This document shows, piece by piece, positions 24,776 through 36,845 of a stretch of DNA of 42,200 bases. The notes below the pieces were generated by a model, which was not told the origin of the DNA, ran no database searches, and was given only the letters and a program-made list of their open reading frames with translations. The position numbers and the translations under genes are program-made. This DNA is from Octopus bimaculoides (lineage: Eukaryota). The stretch covers positions 23,650,153 to 23,692,352 of the forward strand of contig NC_068996.1 in assembly GCF_001194135.2 (NCBI RefSeq), read 5' to 3'. Within the stretch, counting starts at the first letter, position 1, and each line of letters opens with the position of its first letter.

Positions 24776-26869
24776 TATATATGAGCATGTCTAGATATGC
24801 AACTATATCCGTGCCAGTGGCATGTAAAAAGCACCATTTGAGCGTGATCGTTACCAGCACTTACTGGCACTTGTGCCAGTGGCATATGAACAAAACATTC
24901 GAGCGAGGCCATTGCCGGCGTCACTGGACTGACTCCTGTGCAGGTGGCACATGAAAAACACCATTTGAGCATGGCCGTTGCCAGTACTGCCAGACTGGCC
25001 CTCGTGCCGGTGGCACATAAAAGCACCCACTACACTCTCGGAGTGGTTGGCATTAGGAAGGGCATCCAGCTGTAGAAACTCTGCCAAATCAGATTGGAGC
25101 CTGGTGTAGCCATCTAGTTTGCTAGTCCTCAGTCAAATCATCCAACCCATGCTAGCATGGAAAGCGAACATTAAACGATGATGATGATGATGATGATGAT
25201 GTTGATGCATGAGAATACATACATAAAACATACATACATACAAACAAATAAACAAACATACCCAGTTGTTGATGTAGAAATTCCAATGAAGGAGCCTTGG
25301 ATCTAGGTTAGAAACTGGTTCTTTCTCTATTGGCAAGAAATCTTGAAATAAACTGAATAATGACACACATACACAATGTGGTTTGCATCATTTTAGCCTT
25401 CAAAAGACACCACACCATGCTGGATAGGTGAGCAAGCCAACATTTCACCCAGATCAAAAAGAGGACTGGAACAATGAGAAATGAAATATTTTGCTCAAGA
25501 ACATGTGCTGCCCAGTCTGGGAATCAATCTGACAATTGTGAGTACAACAGGCCATGCACCTTCACAAAGAGTAAACTATTACATGGAAAACAGTCACTAA
25601 GATGATGATGATCAAGTCATTATTATTTCTTACTTTCACCTTTTATATTTAAAAAAAAAAAAAAAAGTATCACTTGAAATAGGCACTGAAGACTTTTTAT
25701 AAGTGTAATATTGTCACTAGGTTGGTAAAGCATGAACATGACAGGTTCCTTAGAGACTACTCAATTACTGACTGGTATCTTGCATTACAAAAAGCTCAGC
25801 CAACTTGTATGAGACGATAGGTGTCATGTCATTATTACTAATCACATAAAGTAATCTTAATCACCCACCTCTCATCACTACTAATCCAGCAGACCCATGA
25901 TTGGAGTCATTCCAAGTGTGACCAACCCATTTTTTTTTCCAAACATTGTATATCATCATCATCATCGTTTAACGTCCGCTTTCCATGCCAGCATGGGTTG
26001 GACGATTTGACTGAGGACTGGTGAACCAGGTGGCTACACCAGGCTCCTGTCTGATTTGGCAGAGTTTCTACAGCTGGATGCCCTTCCTAACGCCAACCAC
26101 TCAGAGAGTGTGTGTGTATATATATATATATATATATGGGTCTATTTCTAGCATATTAAATGTCCACTTTACTGGTCAACTTCATATATATAAAATATAC
26201 TTTAATCCCCTAAGATCTCAGATATTTTTTCTCAATCTCNNNNNNNNNNNNNNNNNNNNNNNNNNNNNNNNNNNNNNNNNNNNNNNNNNNNNNNNNNNNN
26301 NNNNNNNNNNNNNNNNNNNNNNNNNNNNNNNNNNNNNNNNNNNNNNNNNNNNNNNNNNNNNNNNNNNNNNNNNNNNNNNNNNNNNNNNNNNNNNNNNNNN
26401 NNNNNNNNNNNNNNNNNNNNNNNNNNNNNNNNNNNNNNNNNNNNNNNNNNNNNTATATATATTATCCAATGTTTTTCCCACTATTAAGATAGTAAGGTAT
26501 GATCTGAAGAAGATCTATGTAGAAACTATCCCATACCCTTGTTTATTTGTATTCATCTATTTACAAAAACAAGTAAGTTAGCTGAAATATGCCAACGGAA
26601 TATCTCTGAGTAATCTTTTCTTAAGTGCAAGATCATGTACAATATCTTTGTGTTTAAACAAGCCCATCTGTTTAAGTAACCTGTTATCACTTCAGCTTCA
26701 TATAAGCACACTACTATATTGAATCAAATGTGGAAGAAGAGTTTTTGAAAACTCTAGAGCAGAGCAAGTTTGAATATCATTTTCTTTGTATCTTTTCTAC
26801 GTAGTTTATTTATGCTACCATTTTATATCATTTCACAATGAGAGTCAGATTTGTATATATAACATGAAT

Positions 26870-27360
26870 GTTAATGCTAAAAAGAGAAAAGAAGCTGTAC
26901 ATAAACTTGCTTCAGATCAAACTGGATGGTAAACAATAGTGTGGAGTGGAGTGAAAGCATTTGAAAAGGCCAGTATAACACATGCAAGACTCAAGAGAGA
27001 TTTAAAGAAGAATGTTGTGATCGAGAAGGTGAATTTCAGTGATCTTTTTGTGTGCACAGTTCATGACAGAACCATGCCTTTCTTTTGCTGGGCTGAAATC
27101 TCATTTGTGGACCCATGAAAAACAAACCTCCACTAACTATTCTGTGTATATATATGCACACCTTTCAATGCCATGTATACCACAAGGTCTGCAAATCTAA
27201 CGGAGGCCTCAAAAGACATTTTAAGATCCACAAAGATCAGAACTTAACTGCAGCTATTGATCCAAATCAGATATGCAATCTATGTAGGTGTTTTTTCAAT
27301 ACATTGCTTGGTTTAAAAAGCCACATCAGATGCCATGATGGATCTAAGGTGTAGATACAA
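26870..27360 (+). mobile_element. Decayed RTE (BovB-like) 3' end with two C2H2-type fingers
   Basis: LASDQTGW*TIVWSGVKAFEKASITHARLKRDLKK, followed by CHVYHKVCKSNGGLKRHFKIH...CNLCRCFFNTLLGLKSHIRCH (ORF 27115-27354). Confidence 0.7.
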
Positions 27361-27475
27361 AAAGTGATCAAACTCTGCCTAAGGAGTAGATAACCACCAT
27401 ATACACATACATATATATATATATATATATACACATACATATATATTTTATTTATATATATACACACATATATAT

Positions 27476-27521
<46 letters not shown>

Positions 27522-29707
27522 CACAGGCATGGCTGTGTGGTTAAGATGTTTGCTTCCCAACTACATGGTTCTCAGTTTAGTCCCACTGTGTGGCACCTTG
27601 GGCTAGAGTCTTCTCTAGCATCAAGCCAAATCCATTCAGAGAATGGATTTGAAAAATGGAAACTAACTACCGTCTTTGTCGTGTTTACCCCCTTCCTCAC
27701 CAATTGACACCGTCTTGTTGGTTTATTTACATCCTTGCAGCTTAACAATTTGGTAATAGATATCAATAGAATAAATGCCAAACTTTAAAATGTTAAGTAC
27801 AGGTAGCGATTTGTTCGACTAAATGCCATCGATTGATTTAACAAGAGAGAGGATTTTGTTATTTTATTAGTTCTGTTGCCAGAACTCTTTCAAACTGCAT
27901 AGTTACATGTATCAGTTTTATCTATCTATTCATTTCTGAAATAAATCACATAGCATATAGATGTCTCACAGACAGATTTCTTTTAAAATTTATTTTATTC
28001 TTTTAATACAGATACATGCAATAAATACGGAGGTCACTCGTCCTGCTAAAAATAGCAACCAAATCTCCCTCTAATCATGCCGGAAGGAAGGAAGCACTGA
28101 ATGGTGGTGCACTCTTACATATACTACTCCTGAGGAAAGAAAAAAAGGAGCAGGGTCATGGCTGGCTATATCTTTGACCAAAGGTCTGCTGGACTAACTT
28201 GGGTCTAAATAATCAGTAATAACTATTCACCCGTATGCGAATGATCGTTTTGTAGTTTTGCTACACTGATTTACATTCAATATTAGTCAAAATAAAGATC
28301 GGTGAACTGGTAGATTCGTTAGCGTCGGACAAAATGCTTGGCAGTATTTCTTCCGGATCTTTATGTTCTGGGTTCAAATTCCACCGAGGTCGACTTTGCC
28401 TTCCATAGGTCGAGGTCGATAAAATAAGTACTGATTGAAAACAGAATCAATGTAATTGACTGTTCCCATCTTTTAAAATTGCTGGCATTGGACCAAAATT
28501 TGAAACTGATATTAACCAGAGTAACGATTTCAATATTTCAAGTAAGGAATACTAAGATGTCATGATAAAATCATCTGAGACTACATCTAGAACTTTTATG
28601 TTCCTGATTTGCCAAATTCCAACCAAGAATGTGAATTGCAAACCAGATTCAAAACTTACAAAAATAAAGTAAAAAGATATATCTTTTCTTTCTTTTTTTT
28701 TTTCAGACTGAATATTAATAACTTCATATACTCTATTAGATATAAGAGGTTGAAGGAGAGCGGAATTTTTAAAAATATGTAAAGGAGCGGAAACTGTTCA
28801 AGAACTGATGCAAAGACAAGAAAAAGCTGACAGATGAAGTGAAGAATTGAGGAGAGAGAGAAAAGGTGAATAAGTGAGGATGAGACAGTAAGAGAGATTC
28901 TGTTGATACAGTACTAAAAAATGTGGATCAGTACGCACGCCTACACATTCTAATCTTCAAACACATACTTGCTACATTAAAAGAACACATAGACAAACAC
29001 GCACACTAACTCATAGACTACGCACAACACATAAACACACACAGACAACACACAAACTAACAGACTACACACATCACAAGTCAGATACACACACACACAA
29101 CAAATTACTTACAATTCAAACACACACAGACTCATGCAAGGCACTTCCACCAAGTTTAGGGATAGGTACGATTTAATAAAGATGACTTCCTGAATATCAA
29201 TTAAGCAACAATTTGTACAGAAACAATTATTGGGGAGCAAATAAAACATAGAGAGAACCGTGCTGTAATTACTAGTAATTACATACAGAAAAAAAGTTTA
29301 GAAGATGAGAAACTGTCCGATTAACTATATCAGGACATTTTCTCCATTTTGGAAGTTGTCAAAAATATTCTTCCTCGGGCAACAAGTCTTTAGTCCCGGC
29401 ACCAAACAGATACCATTAAGTTGTTAATTCTCACGGTTTAATAAGTTGAAAATTCGTATTTTATGTGAATATTAACATTATCACCAATAAATTTATTACT
29501 TTCAGAATAAAAAGTCAATTATTTTACACAAAAATAATAGTCAAGAATGGTATATTGCTTATATATATATATATAATTGGTTAGATTAAGATTTTTTTCA
29601 AAGTGCATATTATATATATATATATAATTTTTAAATATTTTCATTTAATATGTAATATATCGTCGAAAAAGAAAAACATACGTAGATATGTACACAGATA
29701 AATATAC

Positions 29708-29746
<39 letters not shown>

Positions 29747-29764
29747 CAAACATGAATACGCAAT

Positions 29765-29812
<48 letters not shown>

Positions 29813-29882
29813 TTTGTATATAATAACAACAATACTCAGAAATCAACGAACAATATACATAGGAAGTTATAGTGTCTCTTAC

Positions 29883-29971
29883 CCTTGGTTTAGATCGTTA
29901 GCTGTGTTATCAAGCCAAATTCGAACTTGGATCGAATTACCTTCTTTGACTAAAGTGAAAATATCGTCCAT
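29883..29971 (-). CDS. ILK: Integrin-linked kinase, first coding exon (89 nt, phase-2 donor)
   Basis: Minus strand reads [30 protein letters not shown] then gg|gtaaga. This closely matches the ILK N-terminus (human [30 protein letters not shown]). The start context is acaccATGg. It is absent from the ORF track because it is a short exon. Confidence 0.93.
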
Positions 29972-30350
29972 GGTGTAGCAGAGTTCTTCAGACAGCCGCC
30001 AGACAGGCAGACAGACACTGAGTGGTTAATTAACTTTTACGAACGATAACTCTTCACGCCAACTTTACAAGGCAATGACTTCCTAAAGTGAATTTACAGA
30101 TTTAAGAAAAAAAAAAAAAAATTAAGCACTTTCTCTTTCTTCACTACAGCACGTAGCACTCGATATATTTTATGTGTCTCGGTTAGGTTTTGAACCGTTT
30201 GTCTAAATAAATAACATCAAATGTATTTTTAAATAATTATAATTGTGACAACGTCTTGTCATTCACGTTTAGAATACCTTAGCACTTTATTTTATCGAAC
30301 TCCTACCTACCTGCCGTCCCGGGAGATGAACGGTGAAGCTGAATTCGGTA
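29972..30350 (-). promoter_or_regulatory. Probable ILK 5' UTR / promoter region
   Basis: Lies immediately upstream of the ILK ATG. CpG dinucleotides are visibly retained here compared with the CpG-poor flanks. The TSS cannot be determined. Confidence 0.45.
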
Positions 30351-32089
30351 GTATTTGAACTCAGAACGAAAAAAATGTGATTAAATACCATAAGGTATTT
30401 TGTTCCGCTCGATTTACAGCAATTTCAAACATTCTTCACTTTAGTCGTCTGCAAAAGTTTGGCAACTTACGGATCCATAAATGGGTTTTTATGACAGATT
30501 TTAACTATCAAGTCAATAATAATTGTTGTCGTTGTTTATCATCCAACTCCCTGATCAGCATTGAACGATCTGGCTTATGATCAAAGTAATTTCAACCGTG
30601 ACCACTCACTCTATCGTTTTTCTAGCCTATATTAACTAACTTCTAGCGTCCTGTTGTCTCCATTCTTTGCTTTCTACGGCAGTATTTCCACATCAAAAGT
30701 AGCTGGTCTCTTGTCACCTCCACTCAAGCATTTCCAACTCATTCATCTCATCTCCTCTTGTCACTTTCTGAACTTCAACTCCTTGGAATTTCAATTCTGC
30801 AACCAGTGATTTGCAACTGTTCAAAAGGAATATCAGTTGCTCCTGGATTATCTGTAATGTTTTGGATTACAGATGTAAGTGTATAGAATTAGTATGTTAC
30901 GTTTATATAAATGTACCGATTCTCAATACCTGGCATAAAAACTACCTCTCTCAGTACTATATGCCCCCACCACCACCACCACCACCACCACCACGCACTC
31001 AGTCAAGGGATCTTGTCTTGCAAGTTACTTGTTGATCTGACTAGTGTTGCTGCCACTAAAAAGCACTTAGAACACACTGTAAAATGGTTGGCATTAGGAA
31101 GGGTATGCAGCCATAGAAATGTAATCTGGTTCAGTAGGTATCTAGTTGCAGGTATAGTCTGGATCACTTTTAGAGAATATTTTAGTGCCATGAAGAGAGG
31201 GAAAGAAGCTCTGAAAAATAGGCCATAGGATACTTAACAAATTTAATATGGGTATTAAACATTCTGATACTAGCCAGTCACCAACAGTGCTTGAGGTGGG
31301 GGGCACATATGAAGGGGTGATGACCAATTGTTATCAAAAGGATGAAAAGTGCCCAATTCAAGCTTATAATTGGATTTTGTCTAAGTGATCATAATTCATT
31401 CAGAGGCAAATTGTTGTAGTTTCAAAAAAAAAAAATGGTGGTCTATCAGTGATGACATAGTTAGTAGTAAAGTTTACTGCAGCTTGATTTTTAAATATAG
31501 AACTAGCAATGCAAGTATAATTGCAAAGGATAGCACCATATCATCTTGAGGGAGAATTTAAGAAGGCAGAGCTGACAGAAATTGTTCAAGTTATGATATC
31601 ATGCACAATAAATCTATGGTAGAATCTGGCCTATTGATCCACAAAAAGAGTAAAATGATGTGAAAAATAAGAAGTTGGCAATTTAGACATGACAAAAACT
31701 CATTTAAAAAAAACTGTTCAAAGACTGAAATTAAGTGTAACAGTCTTCTGATCGAAAGTGGAAACCTGAGAATGGTTTATAGCTTATAAAATATTAGGTG
31801 TAAGTCTTTTATTATCCGGCACCACAGCAGATGTTAGGGTATCAGTCCCTGCACCAATATCCACAAGAAAATGGATAGCAGTGGAATGGTCTGTGATGAA
31901 AAAGAAGTGGCTAGATTTGCAGGAATCAGGTACAACACTGTCATTAGTCTCTGGGTGCATTTTTTCCCAGTGCTGCTAATAAATCCAGCCAACCAGACAA
32001 GTAAGGCTAGGACTATGGAAGTTCCAGGTAGAAAACACAGAGACCATCTACAGCTGTGAGAATGCAATAGCTGCTGTTTCTTAGTCAGG

Positions 32090-32487
32090 GGACAACTGAT
32101 GAAGGGAATGTTCTTTATGTTGCCTTCTCGTTTCTCTGTTTGTTTGCTTCTTTCGTTGTTCGAAAAAAGTTCATTTTCTAAGTTTTTGTTTTTTATGTTC
32201 TCATTTCTCATTTTGTCTACGTTTTTTTGTCCTGTACCCATATGTGTATGTAATATATACATATATATGTAGATATGTTCATATATGTATGTATATATGC
32301 ATATATTTATATATTTATATTATTATATGATCGAATGCCACACATCCATTTCCAAGTAAGTTTTATTTTAATAATTACAATGTGCACTCTTATTCTATCT
32401 CTATTCTGTCTATCTATCTCCCTCTCTTGTTCTTCTTCCTTTCTGTTTTTCTCTCTCACCCTTTCCCTATTCTTCTCTCCCCTTCAC

Positions 32488-32525
<38 letters not shown>

Positions 32526-32960
32526 TCCTCCTTGACTCTCTCGTTGCTCACACATGACCAACGGCCATCGATCTTTCTTTTTTCCATTTCCTTCTTAAAG
32601 ACAAGAAATGCTTTTACCTGTCTCTTCTCAAAGCTCTTTTTCCAGCATTCACCACTTCACATTGTCTTGGCTTAACAGTCCTCACCGTTTGTTTTTACTG
32701 TATTGTTCTCACTGTCCTGTTTTTGTTACCACTTTCACCCTCCGCAAAAAATCCCAAATTTTATTTAATTTGATTTGCGGGAAGGATTGTTTTAATGAAG
32801 TTGCGTCTTGTCCCAACCTTCGAAATGCGGAGTAGATAAAACAGGGTACAACTGATGAAGGGAATGTTCTTTATGTTGCCTGTCTTGTTTCTCTGTTTGT
32901 TTGTTTCTTTTGTTGTTTTCGTTTTTTTGATGTCCTGTACCCATATATGTAGGTGTGTAC
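32090..32960 (+). repeat. Dispersed direct repeat, two copies (32090-32250, 32845-32960)
   Basis: acaactgatgaagggaatgttctttatgttgcc...gtcctgtacccatat occurs twice, each copy followed by a (TA)-rich tract. Confidence 0.7.
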
Positions 32961-32997
32961 ATATATGTATGTGTATATGTATATATTTATATATTTA

Positions 32998-33034
<37 letters not shown>

Positions 33035-33041
33035 GATATAT

Positions 33042-33087
<46 letters not shown>

Positions 33088-33097
33088 TACGTATATA

Positions 33098-33976
33098 CAG
33101 GATGCAGATTTTAAATTGGTGCTTCTGTTTAGATAAGAAATAAAATACTATTTTTAAAACTATTATGTAAACTAATATTGCTTACCCTTCAGATTGCACA
33201 TTGCTTTAAAAAAAATGGCAAACCCAGACAGATTAAAAGACTACAAGAGGTCTGAGAAATGGAAAAAGAAGGTGGTGGTGTATACAGTCTGTGTCAGCAT
33301 GAATAACAAAGCATTTGTTGACAACTTGAGGCTCTGACTGTGCACAGTCCAGAGAGTGAGAAATGAGTTATAGGATAGTAACTTTGATGTTGACACAGTG
33401 GCTGCTAGGAAAACAACATAAATGTAGTAAACAAAAGGTGAGAGATGCTGATTTCATTCAGAAAGTTGAGTTCATTCAAGAAGTCCCCCACACACACACG
33501 TCCATTGGGATATGTGAGATTACCAGGCAACTGGGCTGTGATGAAAAAACTGCACACACAGCCATAGAAGAAGACTCAAAAATGGCTCCCACACAGCTTT
33601 TACAACCACGTCAACCTAAACATGTCACTTCCTAACTCTCCAGACTGGAATAGCCTGGATTATTTTTTTCTTGGGTGCAGTTGAGAGAGTTACCAACAAG
33701 ACTGCCTGCAACACTAAGAATGAGCTAAAGCAGCACATCTGCCAGGCATTCCAAGATTTGTCAGCAGCAACAGTGAAACATGCCTGTTCTTGATTCTGTG
33801 GTTGCCTTGAGGAGATCATAAAAGCTGGCGGGATTATTTTGAATAATTATGTAGTATACAAGTCCAGTATCTTGATGTATCACGAATTTTCAATAAATCA
33901 TAAAAGACAGAGATTTTAAGCTTTTTTTTTTTTCCCTGAACTCTGTTGGTTGCACCAATTTTACATCTGCAACCAG
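33098..33976 (+). mobile_element. Internally deleted Tc1/mariner-superfamily element
   Basis: TA|caggatgcagattttaaattggtgc ... gcaccaattttacatctgcaaccag|TA. Interior reads PNSPDWNSLDYFFLGAVERVTNK...ACS*FCGCLEEIIKAGG (WPPNSPDLNPLDY-type C-terminus). Confidence 0.9.
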
Positions 33977-34024
33977 TATTTAAGTATGTATATAAATACA
34001 CAAGTATATACACATACACATACA

Positions 34025-34092
34025 TACATACAAATAGTAAGAAAGAAAGAAAGAAAGAACGATAAAGAGGGGAGGGAGGGAGAGAGAGAGAG

Positions 34093-34134
<42 letters not shown>

Positions 34135-34135
34135 T
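34025..34135. repeat. Compound (GAAA)n(GA)n(GATA)n microsatellite
   Basis: Directly visible. Confidence 0.95.
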
Positions 34136-34589
34136 GACATCAAACAAAATAAGTACTACCAAGGAGTCTCCACTCCCTTTCAAATGCAAAGCTTCAGGGC
34201 TGACACCATCATCAAAGGCATGAAGATGAATCTATTGAAACAGTAAAGATGCTAGAGAGGAGGCCAGTGTATGTTTGCTATGTACATATCCAGGCTCTTT
34301 ACGAACAAGGAAGATGTGTACAAATTCATCAGGGTGGGTAACAGCACTGGAATTGGTGGAGTCAGTATAAGGTTGAAACTGAGGTAGTCAGCATTTATGA
34401 CAGAATAATTAAATCTATATTAGTCATAGTCAACTTGACAGTAATAGGTCCCTGCATAAGTACCATCCTAACAAATAGCAGAAGAACAAGTAACCGTTTC
34501 TATGAGGCCCTCTTGCAAACAACCGCAATACAGACCATAGCAACCTGTTTTTGGTTGATGACTTCAATGGATATGTAGTAAAGAGTGTT

Positions 34590-34803
34590 TGCCAACATAA
34601 CATGGCAGTCTTGGTTTAGGACTAATGTTGCTGTAATTTAGCCCCAGGAGACATAGTCTCCAGCTGGCTATACAACACAATCTGTGTCCTTTATTTTCAA
34701 ACAAGGGAATCTAGCACCCCCACTCAGCTCAAAACAATATCCGTGTATCGTGATTTCTGGGTTATTTCTCTTCATCAGTACAGAATAATTGTTCGTCTAG
34801 AGG
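34590..34803. mobile_element. Inverted-repeat element, copy 1, left part (resumes at 36711-36832)
   Basis: Collinear with 39090-39305. After the insert it continues with the sequence matching 39291-39405. The right inverted repeat is missing. Confidence 0.85.
34740..34785 (-). ncRNA. Hammerhead-like motif in inverted-repeat element copy 1
   Basis: ttctgta-CTGATGA-a-gag-aaataa-ccc-a-GAAAT-cacg-ATA-cacgga. The core is intact; stems I and II carry mismatches. Confidence 0.45.
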
Positions 34804-36710
34804 TTTATTCTTTATTACAGGTACAAGGCCTAACACAGAGGGGACATACACAGATATGCGAGAACAAAAAACACATGAAAGGATGAATTTAAAATAAATT
34901 AAATTACAATGAAAATGAGATGGCTATCTCACTTCCGCTCTGAGATGAAACCATGAATTCCTTTTCCTTTAAAACTTTACATTTTAAATAACAATTTCCA
35001 GCCCCTCTCCAAGNNNNNNNNNNNNNNNNNNNNNNNNNNNNNNNNNNNNNNNNNNNNNNNNNNNNNNNNNNNNNNNNNNNNNNNNNNNNNNNNNNNNNNN
35101 NNNNNNNNNNNNNNNNNNNNNNNNNNNNNNNNNNNNNNNNNNNNNNNNNNNNNNNNNNNNNNNNNNNNNNNNNNNNNNNNNNNNNNNNNNNNNNNNNNNN
35201 NNNNNNNNNNNNNNNNNNNNNNNNNNNNNNNTCTTTTTCTTTTTTTAAACAAAAAGTTTAACCAAATGTTTTTCTTAATCTTTCACAGTCTTTAAATTAA
35301 ATCATGACTTACTGTTTCATCCTCTCCCTTTCATCCACATAATTCACCACCAAGGCGCGAGGTTCAACATCCACCTCTGGCCCATGGGTTCACTCTTTCA
35401 ATTTTGAAACTCTTTTAACTCTTAGGGTGTCCTACTTCATTTAAAAATCCTGCTTCTGTCTGTATCTTGCATGTCTGTTTTTTTTTTTGTTTTTTTTTGT
35501 TTTTTTTTTACTCTGTATTTCTGCAATTCTTGTCCTTCTTGTGATTGTGTCTGCGTGTTCGTTTGACTGTAATTCTGCATGTTTCGTCTGTGTGTCTATG
35601 TCTTTAGGTTTCCGTAATTCTGAATTATCTTGTATCTGTTTGTCTATATTTCTGTGCTTGAGTGTCTGTGGGTCTGAATGTTTCTGTAAGTCCTTTACAA
35701 GTAATCCTACTGGTAAATCCTCCCCATTTCTTGTCGTAGGTTGAGTTACCTCTTTCATTGCTTTGTACTTCTTCAATTCCACTATCGTTGGTGACTTCCT
35801 TCTCTCTCTTTTTTCACCTCCGCAAAATTCCTGTCTTGTTCTGTTATCTGTTTCTGCTGTTTCTCCACCTTTATATTCTCCTGAATACTCTCCTCTACAA
35901 TTCCCACTACTGCTCTAGGGCATTTCTTTCTCAAGTGCCCTCTTTCACCACATTCGTAACACTTTGGGGGTCTCCCCTCCAACATTATCTCCAGCTTTTC
36001 TTCATTTGGTAGCTCTAAAGTTTCAGGTATTTCGTTGAAATATTTCACGCTCACTGCACAAATTATCTCTACTCCGTAGCCCCAACATTTCACTTGTTGG
36101 GTTCGGCTTATCATGCCCATCTTCACTTCTTTGCTTTCCTTCCTCATCTCCGAATAAAAAGTTGCAGCTATTATCCACTCTGGGTTTATCCATGGTGGGA
36201 TTCTTACCACCCTAATTCTGACAATTCTTTTGTCCAAACAGTTTGGCATCAAAGTCCATTTTTCTCCCTGTATCAGCCTGTTGGAGGTTTTTTCTGCCTG
36301 CTCTTCTGATAAAAAGATTACCACTATCGATGCATATCTCTTTCCTCTTATAAAGAATGTTCTGCTGTCTCCTAAAATTTCTTCTATTTCTTCCTGCAGC
36401 ATGTGTTCAATTCTATTTTTATTCGAAAATGTTCTGAATATGACTGTCTTCTTTTCCATTTCCACTTTTCTTCCTCTGGCAGGGTCATTTTTATATTTGA
36501 CATTCTTTTTCTACCATACTACTATATTTCTGTATCAGCTCTCCATTCCACTGTAACATCTCCTGTTTCAGCACACGTGGGTCTAGGGGAACTCGACCTC
36601 CAGTAGCTTCTGCATAACTTCTCATTTTTCTCAGTTATTCACCACCACCTAACAATGGTGGCTTCATACAAAAAATTCGGCTAGAGTTCTTCAAAAACAG
36701 CAAAAAAAAA
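34804..36710 (-). mobile_element. ORF1-only L1/Tx1-like non-LTR retroelement with 15-bp TSD
   Basis: TSD ttgttcgtctagagg (34789-34803) / ttgttcagctagagg (36711-36725). The minus-strand 3' end is aataaagaataaa. It carries a gag-like ORF1 and no visible ORF2. A 238-N gap lies inside. Confidence 0.75.
35441..36625 (-). pseudogene. Frameshifted L1/Tx1-type ORF1 (RRM-like region + CCHC knuckle + Lys-rich tail)
   Basis: Starts MRSYAEATGG (ATG 36625). The main block 35782-36465 has RIRVVRIPPWINPEWI and GRPPKCYECGERGHLRKKC. It probably continues by frameshift into the 35441-35782 charged tail. Confidence 0.8.
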
Positions 36711-36845
36711 TTGTTCAGCTAGAGGTGGCGCTGTCAAATTCCCATTCGAAATATATAGTTTTCAAAGTGACAACTAGTCACTAATCTATAAATTAGAAAA
36801 TTACTATTTTTAAATCTCACAACATGAGATATTCAGCAACAGTAC

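Noticed and set aside
27115-27354. C2H2 zinc-finger ORF as a host transcription-factor exon
   Set aside because: It follows directly on a decayed RTE C-terminus, and the first finger is broken (C->Y). It is better explained as part of the LINE.
31300-31800. Possible old mariner/Tc1 5' remnant starting tatgaaggggtga
   Set aside because: No second TIR or recognisable transposase motif could be confirmed by eye.
32810-32870. Possible type II hammerhead (cttcGAAA…gta…CTGATGAagg), also CTGATGA at 32096
   Set aside because: Stems I-III could not be built convincingly in either copy.
595-34189. Many 60-120-aa ORFs rich in CVCV, HTHT, YIYI, IIII or SLSL
   Set aside because: They are translations of microsatellites and SINEs.
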